This document shows positions 17,360-25,806 of a stretch of 64,000 bases of DNA, in pieces (the first letter of the stretch is position 1; each line of letters begins with the position of its first letter). A model generated the notes under the pieces. The model saw only the letters and a program-made list of their open reading frames with translations, had not been told where the DNA came from and did not search any database. The DNA comes from an uncultured Acidobacteriota bacterium (GTDB taxonomy: Bacteria; Acidobacteriota; Vicinamibacteria; Vicinamibacterales; CAVVIG01). The DNA lies in the NCBI GenBank assembly GCA_902825985.1, contig CADEDC010000019.1:14137-78136 (forward strand), read 5' to 3'. The position numbers were made by a program, and so were the translations under genes.

Positions 17360-18477
17360 GCGCCCTGTTCTGGATCGCCGTGGCCGGCGTGCTGTACCCC
17401 TACCTGGGATATCCGCTCGCGTTGTTCGTGCTCGCGAAGGTCGGCCAACGCCGATCGCGGCCGGGACCGTCGGCGGTGCCTTCGGTATCGATGATCATTC
17501 CGGTGCACAACGAAGCCGCGCGTCTGGGCCGGAAGATTGCCAACACCGCCGAACTGCGTTATCCGTCCGGTCAGCTGCAGGTGCTGTTCGTCTCGGACGG
17601 CTCGACCGACGACAGCGCGTCGCTGCTGAGGCGGACGATGACGCCGGCGATGTCGCTGGTCGAACTGCCGGTGCGCGGCGGCAAGGCGGCGGCGCTCAAC
17701 GCCGGCCTGGCGGCCGCCAGCAACGACGTCCTGGTGTTCACCGACGCGTCGATCGACCTCGAGCCCGAGGCGCTGCAGCGGCTGGTCGCCGGATTCGCCG
17801 ATCCGCAGGTCGGCTGCATCTCCGGAGAGGACCGCATCGCGGGCAGCGGCGGCGAGGCGATCTACGGGCGCTACGAGCTGATGCTGCGGCGGCTCGAGAG
17901 CGACGTCCACTCGATTGCCGGGGCCAGCGGCTCGTTCTACGCCCAGCGCCGCTCGCTGTGCCGGCCGTTCGTCGAGGGCATGGCGCCGGACTTCCTGTCG
18001 GTCCTGCGCACTGTCGAGCAGGGGGCTCGCGCGATCAGCGAGCCGACGGCCGTCGGCGCGATGACCAGCGTCAAGGATCCGCGACGCGAGTTCGAACGCA
18101 AGGTGCGCACCCTCATCCGCGGGATGACGACGTTGTTCGGCTACCCGCGGTTGATGAATCCGGCGCACAGCGGCTGGTTCTCGTTCGTCCTGCTGTCGCA
18201 CAAGATCATGCGGTGGCTGGCGCCGGTGTTCCTGCTCGCCGTGCTCCTGATCCCGCTGGCGCTGTGGCCGTCGCCCTTCTTCGTCGCGGCGTTCGTCATC
18301 CAGGTCGCCTTCTACCTGGTGGCCGTCGCCGCGTTCTACGAGTGGGGGAACGTCCACCGCACGCTGGCCGGCAAGGTGGCGTTGTACTTCTCGTCGGTCA
18401 ACCTGGCGATCCTCGTCGCGTGGGTGCAGTTCGCGCGCGGCGTCCGTCAGGAGCTCTGGACCCCGTCGCAGCGCTGA
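17356..18477 (+). CDS. Glycosyltransferase family 2 with C-terminal membrane helices
   Basis: 'SMIIPVHNEAARL...VLFVSDGSTDDS...VFTDASIDLEP' (GT-A, DxD-type), followed by hydrophobic C-terminal helices. ATGA overlap. Confidence 0.8.
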   Translation: MSALFWIAVAGVLYPYLGYPLALFVLAKVGQRRSRPGPSAVPSVSMIIPVHNEAARLGRKIANTAELRYPSGQLQVLFVSDGSTDDSASLLRRTMTPAMSLVELPVRGGKAAALNAGLAAASNDVLVFTDASIDLEPEALQRLVAGFADPQVGCISGEDRIAGSGGEAIYGRYELMLRRLESDVHSIAGASGSFYAQRRSLCRPFVEGMAPDFLSVLRTVEQGARAISEPTAVGAMTSVKDPRREFERKVRTLIRGMTTLFGYPRLMNPAHSGWFSFVLLSHKIMRWLAPVFLLAVLLIPLALWPSPFFVAAFVIQVAFYLVAVAAFYEWGNVHRTLAGKVALYFSSVNLAILVAWVQFARGVRQELWTPSQR

Positions 18478-18487
18478 TTCCGTTTTT

Positions 18488-19645
18488 ATGGCCGCCATGC
18501 CGAATACACACGATCCAGTCGCCGCGCCGCCGCGCCGGAGCCGCGGACGGCTGATGACGCTGTTCACCATCCTCGGCGTCAACGCCGGCATCTTCCTGCT
18601 GCTGCTGGTCCCGGTCGAACTGGTGTTCGGCACCTGGATCCGGCCGATGGGCCTGTCCGACATCCGCCGCTTCTCGGTCCCGGTCGGCGCCCGCTTCGAC
18701 TTCGACACGGCGGGCCTCTACGACGGCCCGGGCGGGGCCACCACCCACTACACCCGCGACGAGTGGGGGCTGCGTGGCAGTCACACGACGCTGGCCGAGA
18801 TCGACGTTGTCACGGTCGGCGGCAGCACCACCGAACAGCGGTATCTCGACGATACGAAGACCTGGCAGGCGGTCGCCCAGGACGCCCTGCGGCGGGCCGG
18901 CCGGCCGCTGGTGATCGCCAACGCCGGCGTCGACGGCCAGTCGACGGTGGGCCACCGCTTCGACTTCGACTTCTGGTTTCCGCTGCTCGGCGAGATGCGG
19001 CCGCGTGCCTTCGTGTTCTATGTCGGCGCCAACGACGTGCTGCGGCGCGACGATCGGGCGACGTTCGACGGCGCGCTCGATGCCCAGAACTGGCGCGTCC
19101 GTTCGGCCACCTTCCAGTTGCTGCGGACGGTCCGCAACAACCTGCGCGCCCGTGCGGTCGGCGTGTTCCACGGCAGGATGCGCGCGCTCACGGCGGACGA
19201 CTACACCGACGAGGGACGGCTGACGCCGGCGCAGCGCGAGGCGATTTCGGCCCGCATGAACGACGGCTTCATCGAGAACGTCGAACGCCTGCGCCAGCAT
19301 GCGGTCGCCCTGGGCGCGGCGCCGGTGTTCATGACCCAGACCGCCTATGCCTGGACCGGCGACTGGGCGGCGCCACCGCGCGGTCTGAAGGAGACCGTCG
19401 CCATCCACGGCGTCACCGCGAACTACGCCGACGTGTCGTTCCTGCATCGCGCGCTCAACCGCCGGCTGATGCAGTACTGCCAGGAGCGGCAGGTCGTCTG
19501 CTTCGATCTCGCGCACGACGTGTCGTTTGCGGTGCAGGACTTCTACGACTACCTCCACAATACGCCGGCTGGCGCGACGAAGATCGGGCAGTATCTCGCC
19601 GACCGGTTGATGACCGTCGACCTGCCGGGCCGGGAGCCGCGCTGA
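18488..19645 (+). CDS. Membrane-anchored SGNH/GDSL-like hydrolase or acyl-esterase
   Basis: N-terminal TM 'LFTILGVNAGIFLLLLVPV'. SGNH-like blocks 'VVTVGGSTTEQ', 'NAGVDGQST', 'FYVGANDV', 'DYLHNTPAG'. Confidence 0.6.
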   Translation: MAAMPNTHDPVAAPPRRSRGRLMTLFTILGVNAGIFLLLLVPVELVFGTWIRPMGLSDIRRFSVPVGARFDFDTAGLYDGPGGATTHYTRDEWGLRGSHTTLAEIDVVTVGGSTTEQRYLDDTKTWQAVAQDALRRAGRPLVIANAGVDGQSTVGHRFDFDFWFPLLGEMRPRAFVFYVGANDVLRRDDRATFDGALDAQNWRVRSATFQLLRTVRNNLRARAVGVFHGRMRALTADDYTDEGRLTPAQREAISARMNDGFIENVERLRQHAVALGAAPVFMTQTAYAWTGDWAAPPRGLKETVAIHGVTANYADVSFLHRALNRRLMQYCQERQVVCFDLAHDVSFAVQDFYDYLHNTPAGATKIGQYLADRLMTVDLPGREPR

Positions 19646-19653
19646 GCGCCGTG

Positions 19654-20790
19654 ATGCGACCGATCAACGTCCTCGACCTTCGCGATACCGACGAGATTGG
19701 CGGCCCGGGCAAGACCATCCTCGAGACCGGCCGCGCCATCGACCGTGGTCGGTTTCGGCAGCATGTCGCCGTGTTCCTGAGGCGCGGCGAGGCGGCCGAG
19801 ACGCCGTTCATCCGGGCCGCACGCGACTACGAACTGCCGGTCCATGTCATCCGTGGCTACAACCAGTACGATCCGCGGCTGGTGACCCGCACCGCCGCCC
19901 TCGTCCGCGACCTGCACATCGACATCGTGCACGCGCACGAGGTGAAGTCGGACGTCATTGCCTGTCTGGCACGCCACGTCCATCGTGTCCCCATCGTGAC
20001 GACGCTGCACGGATGGATCGGCAACAGTCCCAAGCAGCGCGCCTTCATCGCCCTCGACAAGCAGGTGGCGCGGCGGTTCGACCTCGTCATTGCCGTGTCG
20101 CGGCCGATTCAGCAGCAGGCGCTGGACGCCGGGGTGCCGCCGGCGCAGGTGAAATTGCTGCACAATGCCATCGTGCTCGACCGCTATCGGCGCTCGCACC
20201 GGCCGGGTGGGCTCGAGGCGCTCGTCGGCGCCCCGGTGGCCGGGCCCGTGCTCGCCAGCATCGGACGCCTCAGCGCCGAGAAGGGCCATGCGGATCTCGT
20301 CGAGGCCCTGGGGCTGTTGAAGACCCGCGGCCTCCACGTGTCCGCGGTGCTCGCCGGCGACGGACCGATGAAGGACCAGCTCGCGGCGCGGATCCGCGAA
20401 CTCGGGCTGTCGGATCGCGTGCATCTGCCCGGCTACGTCGCGCGGCCGCAGGACGTCCTGAACCACACGGATCTCATGGTCCTGCCGTCGCACACCGAGG
20501 GGCTGCCGAACGCCGCCCTGGAGGCGCTCGCGATGGATGTGCCTGTCCTCGCCACAGACGTCGGCGGCACGCCTGAGGTCATCATCGACGGCGATACCGG
20601 CCGGCTCGTGGCGGCACGGCAGCCGGAAGCCCTGGCCGCCGCCGTCGCGGACTTCCTGGCGCACCGCGACGCGTGGCGCGAGATGGCGGCACGCGGCCGC
20701 GCGCATGTCGAGCGGCACTTCGATTTCCAGGCGCGCACCCGGGCGCTGGAGCAGATGTACACGGAACTGGTGAGGCCGGTGTCCGCATGA
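19654..20790 (+). CDS. Glycosyltransferase family 4
   Basis: 'GGPGKTILE', 'SIGRLSAEKGHADLV' and 'LPSHTEGLPNAALEALAMDVPVLATDVGGTPEVI'. The track ORF from 18763 is an over-extension. Confidence 0.85.
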   Translation: MRPINVLDLRDTDEIGGPGKTILETGRAIDRGRFRQHVAVFLRRGEAAETPFIRAARDYELPVHVIRGYNQYDPRLVTRTAALVRDLHIDIVHAHEVKSDVIACLARHVHRVPIVTTLHGWIGNSPKQRAFIALDKQVARRFDLVIAVSRPIQQQALDAGVPPAQVKLLHNAIVLDRYRRSHRPGGLEALVGAPVAGPVLASIGRLSAEKGHADLVEALGLLKTRGLHVSAVLAGDGPMKDQLAARIRELGLSDRVHLPGYVARPQDVLNHTDLMVLPSHTEGLPNAALEALAMDVPVLATDVGGTPEVIIDGDTGRLVAARQPEALAAAVADFLAHRDAWREMAARGRAHVERHFDFQARTRALEQMYTELVRPVSA

Positions 20791-22088
20791 CCTATGTGCT
20801 CTTGCTCATGTTCTTCTTCACCGAGTACGTCCGGCCGTCGAGCTACTGGCCGGTGCTGCTCGTGCTCCACCTCAACTCCATCGTTCCCCTGAGCGCATTT
20901 GCCGGCTCGGTGCTGAGTGCCGGACCGACGACGATCCAGCGCCTGGTCGGGGAGACGAACACCCGCATCATCTTCGGCCTGATGTGCCTGGTGTGGGTGG
21001 GCTTCGTCACCTCGGACGTCCAGCAGTACGTCGTGGAAGCGCAGACGACGCTGCTCGGCTTCGTGTTGATCTACTGGGTGCTGGCCACCGAAGTCACCAC
21101 CGTCAACCGGATCAAAGGCGTCATCATGACGCTGATCGTCGTGCACGTCGTCGTCGCCGGCCTCAACCCGGTGCTCTTCACCGACCCGCAGAACCGCCAC
21201 TACATCTCGTCGGGCGCCTTCCTGGGCGATGGCAACGATTTCGCGCTGTCGCTCGACGTCATCATCCCGCTGTGCCTGTTCCTGCTGCTCGACGCCAGGA
21301 AGGTCATTTTCAGGTTCGCGTGGATCGGAGCGCTGCTCGTGCTGGTCGCGGGAGTGGTGGCGACGCAGTCGCGCGGCGGCACGATTGGGCTGGGGGCCGC
21401 CGCCTTCTACTATTGGCTGAAGAGCAACCGCAAGTTCCAGACCGCCGGGCTGGCGTCCGTCGTCATCGTCCTGATCCTCGCCCTGGCGCCCGGCGCCTAC
21501 TTCGATCGCATGAGTTCGATCGGCGATACGCAGGAAGGGTCGGCGCAGGGGCGGATCACCGCCTGGAACGCCGCCTTCCGCATGGCGGTCGACCGGCCGC
21601 TGACCGGCGTCGGACCAGCCCACTTCGGCGTGAAGTTCGGCACCGAGTACCGACCGGCCGACTACGTCGGCAGCGGCATGACCGCCCATTCGATCTATTT
21701 CCTGGCGCTGGGCGAGCTCGGATTCCCCGGGTTGATCCTGGTCATCTCGCTCATCGTCCACAACCTCGTCGCCAACCGGCGGGCCGAACTCCTGGTGCGG
21801 GCCCGGCCGTCGCCGACCCGCGACAGCGATCTGCAGCTGCTGGCGGCCGGCAGCGCCGCCATGATCGCGCTGGCGACGGCGGGTGCGTTCTTGAGCGCCC
21901 TCTACTATCCGCACCTGTACGTGCTGTCGGGTGTGCTCATCGCGATTCGTCGGGTGACGCTCGAGCATTCCCAGGCGGCGACCGAGGCGGTGTCGCCGCC
22001 GGCGCCGTCGCAGCAGATGACGCTGCACTGGTCGCTGCGGCGTCCGCAGCCGACCTGGCAGAACCGCGTGATGGGGAGGGAACGGTGA
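20787..22088 (+). CDS. O-antigen ligase/polymerase-like (Wzy_C) polytopic membrane protein
   Basis: About 10-12 hydrophobic helices with a central 'VVATQSRGGTIGLGAAAFYYWL' loop typical of the O-antigen ligase family. ATGA overlap. Confidence 0.75.
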   Translation: MTYVLLLMFFFTEYVRPSSYWPVLLVLHLNSIVPLSAFAGSVLSAGPTTIQRLVGETNTRIIFGLMCLVWVGFVTSDVQQYVVEAQTTLLGFVLIYWVLATEVTTVNRIKGVIMTLIVVHVVVAGLNPVLFTDPQNRHYISSGAFLGDGNDFALSLDVIIPLCLFLLLDARKVIFRFAWIGALLVLVAGVVATQSRGGTIGLGAAAFYYWLKSNRKFQTAGLASVVIVLILALAPGAYFDRMSSIGDTQEGSAQGRITAWNAAFRMAVDRPLTGVGPAHFGVKFGTEYRPADYVGSGMTAHSIYFLALGELGFPGLILVISLIVHNLVANRRAELLVRARPSPTRDSDLQLLAAGSAAMIALATAGAFLSALYYPHLYVLSGVLIAIRRVTLEHSQAATEAVSPPAPSQQMTLHWSLRRPQPTWQNRVMGRER

Positions 22089-23317
22089 CGGTGCTGTTCC
22101 TGTCGCAGATCGTGCCGTACCCGCCGCATGGCGGCGTGCTGCAGCGCGGCTTCAACCTGATTCGAGAGCTCGGCCGGCATGCCGAGGTGCATCTGCTCGC
22201 GTTCGTCCATCCGGACGTCCTGCCGACGCCGCAGACCCTCGACGAGAGCCGCCAGGTGCTGCAGCAGTTCTGCCGCACCGTCGAATACTTCCCGTTGTGG
22301 CCGAAGGCCAACGCCATCAGCAAGGTGGCGGCGCTGGGCGCCGGTCTGTTCAGCCAGGACCCGTTCAGCGTCGTCGCCCACCGGTCCGGCGCCTTCAAGC
22401 GGCGGGTCGGCGAGATCATCCGGGAACGGCGCGTCGACGTGCTGCACGTCGATACGGTGGCGCTCAGCCAGTTCGTGCCGCCGGGGCTGACGATTCCGGC
22501 GGTGCTCACGCACCACAACATCGAGTCGCTGCTGATGGAGCGGCGGGCCCAGGTCGAGACGCGGATGCTGGCGCGCTGGTACCTGCAGCGCGAGGTGCAG
22601 AAGCTGCGTCGCTACGAGGCCGATCGCAGCCGGACCTTCGACATCAACATCACCATGTCGGTGCCGGATGAAGCGATTCTCAAGCAGCTGGTCGCCGGCG
22701 TCCGCACCGCTGTCGTCCCCAACGGCGTCGACGTCGACTACTTCGCGCCCGACGAGACGCCGGAGACTCCGTCGCTCATCTACACCGGCGGCATGAACAT
22801 GTTCGCCAACCGCGACGCCGTACTCTACTTCCTCGAGCATGTCTGGCCGCGGATCACCGCGGCGGCCCCCGACGTGCGGTTCCTGGCGGTCGGGCAGGAT
22901 CCGCCGAAGGAGCTGCAGGCGATCGCGGCGCGCGACCGGCGCGTGACCGTCACCGGCTACGTCACCGACATCCGGCCGCTCGTGCGCCAGGCGGCCGTCT
23001 ATGTCGTGCCGCTGCGGGTCGGCGGCGGCACCCGGCTCAAGGTGCTCGATGCCATGGCCTCGGGCAAGGCGCTGGTGTCGACGACGATCGGGTGTGAGGG
23101 CATCGACGTCACGCCGGGGACGCATCTGCTCGTCGCCGATACGCCCGAGCAGTTCGCCCGGGCGACGGTCGACCTGCTGGGCGCCCCCGAGACGCGCCGC
23201 CGCCTCGGCGATGCCGCCCGCGCCCGCGTCGTCGAACGGTACTCGTGGAGCGTCGTCGGTCAGCAGCTGCTGCGCGCCTACGAGCGGGCCGCCGATCGCG
23301 TCGGGAGGGTGGCATGA
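22085..23317 (+). CDS. Glycosyltransferase family 4 (PEP-CTERM/EpsH1-associated sugar transferase-like)
   Basis: 'VLFLSQIVPYPPHGGVLQRGFNLIRELG' N-terminus and 'GGGTRLKVLDAMASGKALVSTTIGCEGI'. GTG start in a GTGA overlap. Confidence 0.8.
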   Translation: MTVLFLSQIVPYPPHGGVLQRGFNLIRELGRHAEVHLLAFVHPDVLPTPQTLDESRQVLQQFCRTVEYFPLWPKANAISKVAALGAGLFSQDPFSVVAHRSGAFKRRVGEIIRERRVDVLHVDTVALSQFVPPGLTIPAVLTHHNIESLLMERRAQVETRMLARWYLQREVQKLRRYEADRSRTFDINITMSVPDEAILKQLVAGVRTAVVPNGVDVDYFAPDETPETPSLIYTGGMNMFANRDAVLYFLEHVWPRITAAAPDVRFLAVGQDPPKELQAIAARDRRVTVTGYVTDIRPLVRQAAVYVVPLRVGGGTRLKVLDAMASGKALVSTTIGCEGIDVTPGTHLLVADTPEQFARATVDLLGAPETRRRLGDAARARVVERYSWSVVGQQLLRAYERAADRVGRVA

Positions 23318-24723
23318 ACAAGCACGCGGCAACGGTGTACCGCCTCGCGCCGGTCTGGGGGCAGAATCTGATGCTGACCGGCTTCAGCACGCTGCTCGAT
23401 CGCGAGCGCTACGGCGGGCGGTTCGCCGAGTTCCAGTCGTTCCTGGCCGGCAGCGAGCACTGGACCCGGGCGGAAATGGACGCCTACCAGGACGAACGGC
23501 TCCGCGTCGTCATCCAGCATGCCTACGAGCAGGTGCCGTTCTATCGGAAGCGGTTCGATGAGCGCCGGTTGACGCCGGCCGACATCCGCGGCCGCCAGGA
23601 TCTGCCGAAGCTTCCGCTGCTGACGCGCGACGATATCCGGCGCAACTTCGACGATCTGCGATCGCGGACGATCGCACCGCGGGCGCTGAAGACCGGACAC
23701 ACCAGCGGCACCACGGGCACACCGCTCACCGTCGGCTACGACCGCGACACCATCTGGATGACCTATGCGGTGTTCGACCGGCACTATCGCTGGGCCGGCT
23801 GCCGGCTGGCGAGCCAGGGAGGCGATCGCATCGCGGTGGCGCGCGGCAATGTCATCGTCCCGCTCGACCAGAAGCGGCCGCCGTTCTGGCGCCGCAACCG
23901 CCGGCACCATCAGCTGCTGCTGTCGTCGTTCCACCTGTCCAAGGACAACCTGCCGGCCTACTTCGACGCCCTCGCCGATTTCCAGCCGGCGGTCATCGAT
24001 GGCTATCCGTCGACGCTCTACCTGCTCGGCCGCTACCTGAAGAGCCGCGGCCAGCGGTTCCCGGTGCGCGCCGCCGTCACGTCGTCGGAGACGCTGTACG
24101 ACTGGCAGCGCGAGACCATCGAAGAGGCGTTCGCCTGCCGCGTGTTCGACTACTACGCGCTGGCCGAGCGGGCGGTCTTCTCCGGTGAATGCGACCGGCA
24201 CGAAGGCCACCATCTGGCGGAGGAATACGGCATCAGCGAGGTGGTGGACGGGGAGGGCGCGCTCGTCGCATCGGGCACCGTCGGCAGGCTGGTGGGGACC
24301 AGCCTGCACAACCTCGCCATGCCGCTCATCCGCTACGTCACCAACGACATGACGGCACTGCGACCCGGCAGCTGCAGCTGCGGACGGCCGTTGCCGCTGA
24401 TGGAGGACGTGACGACCAAGGCAGAGGACGTCCTCACGCTGCCTGACGGCCGTCTGATTTCACCGTCGGTGCTGACGCATCCGTTCAAGCCGCTCGATTC
24501 GATCGAGGGGTCGCAGATCGTGCAGCTGACGCCCGATCGGGTGACCGTCCGGCTGGTGCCGGGACCGGGCTACACGGAGGCCCTCACGCAGCATCTGCGG
24601 GCCGAACTCGGCGCCCGGCTCGGTGACGGCGTCCACGTCGACGTCGAGATGGTCGACAAGCTCGAGATGTCCGCGAACGGCAAGTTCAAATGGGTCATCT
24701 CGAAGGTCCCGCTCGGTCTGTAG
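23314..24723 (+). CDS. Adenylate-forming enzyme, phenylacetate-CoA ligase (PaaK)/CapK/F390-synthetase-like
   Basis: 'KTGHTSGTTGTPLTVGYD' AMP-binding P-loop and an N-terminal 'AYEQVPFYRKRFDE' region. ATGA overlap. Confidence 0.75.
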   Translation: MNKHAATVYRLAPVWGQNLMLTGFSTLLDRERYGGRFAEFQSFLAGSEHWTRAEMDAYQDERLRVVIQHAYEQVPFYRKRFDERRLTPADIRGRQDLPKLPLLTRDDIRRNFDDLRSRTIAPRALKTGHTSGTTGTPLTVGYDRDTIWMTYAVFDRHYRWAGCRLASQGGDRIAVARGNVIVPLDQKRPPFWRRNRRHHQLLLSSFHLSKDNLPAYFDALADFQPAVIDGYPSTLYLLGRYLKSRGQRFPVRAAVTSSETLYDWQRETIEEAFACRVFDYYALAERAVFSGECDRHEGHHLAEEYGISEVVDGEGALVASGTVGRLVGTSLHNLAMPLIRYVTNDMTALRPGSCSCGRPLPLMEDVTTKAEDVLTLPDGRLISPSVLTHPFKPLDSIEGSQIVQLTPDRVTVRLVPGPGYTEALTQHLRAELGARLGDGVHVDVEMVDKLEMSANGKFKWVISKVPLGL

Positions 24724-24729
24724 TCCGTC

Positions 24730-25725
24730 ATGACGCTGACTGTTGTCACCAATCTCCACGCCCTCGAGCGGGTCGACCCACCCGGCGTGACGCTGACGGT
24801 CATCCGCCACCAGGGCGGCACGTTCGCCGGACGGCTGCGCGCCATGTGGGCCCATCGGGACGCCGACTACGCGGTCATCAACTGCTCGCCGAACGACCTT
24901 TTTCATTACTGCCTGTTCAAGGTGCTGGCGCCGTTCAGCCGGATCAGGATCGTTTCGCTCGACACGGTGCTGCCGATTCCGCGTGCCGACACCTGGCGGC
25001 AGCGGCTGGCGCTGTTCCTCAAACGGCGGCTTTTTCGCCGGGTGCACCTGTTCGTCGAGTATTTCCGCGACACCGCCGGCTACGAGCGCTACTACGGCAT
25101 TCCCGGGGCGAAATTCCGCTACGTGCCGTTCAAGATCAACCGCTACGAGCGCGTGCTGCAGACGCCGACGTCCGACGAGGGGTACATCTTCTGCGGCGGC
25201 AATACCCGCCGTGACTTCCAGACGCTGCTGAAGGCGGTCGACGGGCTGCCATACCCGGTGAGAATCGTCACCATGGGGGAGGCGGTGATTCAGGGGCATG
25301 GGTCGTCGCTCGACGAGCGCACGCTGCCCACGAACGTCCAGGTGGTGCGCCACGACGGCAGCGACAGCTTTCTCGACTTCATCGCCCGGGCGCGGCTGGT
25401 CGCCCTGCCGATCAAGCGCGGCAACATCTCGGCCTCCGGCATCGGCGTCTATCTCGCGTCGATGGCCCTCGGCAAGTGCGTCGTCATCTCCGAAGGGCCG
25501 GCGGTGAACCGGGTGGTGCCGGACGGGGCGGCACTAATCGTGCCACCGGAAGATCCCGCCGCCCTGCGGGCCGCACTCGTTCGGGCCTATTCGGATGACG
25601 CATATAGGGGCATTGTCGCGGCCGCTGGCAGGACATATGCTCTCAGCCTCGGCGGTGAAGACCGTTTGTGCGAGTCGGTGATGAACGTGCTGCTCACTGA
25701 CCGCAACGCCGAGGCGAACCGTTGA
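24730..25725 (+). CDS. Putative GT-B-fold glycosyltransferase (divergent)
   Basis: The C-half resembles group-1 GT ('YIFCGGNTRRDFQTLLKAV...SGIGVYLASMALGKCVVISEG'). The assignment is weak. Confidence 0.45.
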   Translation: MTLTVVTNLHALERVDPPGVTLTVIRHQGGTFAGRLRAMWAHRDADYAVINCSPNDLFHYCLFKVLAPFSRIRIVSLDTVLPIPRADTWRQRLALFLKRRLFRRVHLFVEYFRDTAGYERYYGIPGAKFRYVPFKINRYERVLQTPTSDEGYIFCGGNTRRDFQTLLKAVDGLPYPVRIVTMGEAVIQGHGSSLDERTLPTNVQVVRHDGSDSFLDFIARARLVALPIKRGNISASGIGVYLASMALGKCVVISEGPAVNRVVPDGAALIVPPEDPAALRAALVRAYSDDAYRGIVAAAGRTYALSLGGEDRLCESVMNVLLTDRNAEANR

Positions 25726-25806
25726 TCTCGTCACGAGTTCGCGCTCTGTCCGGTCCCGGTGACATCGCAGCCCCCGTAACGTCGAGAAAATCGACAGCGT
25801 TGTTCC

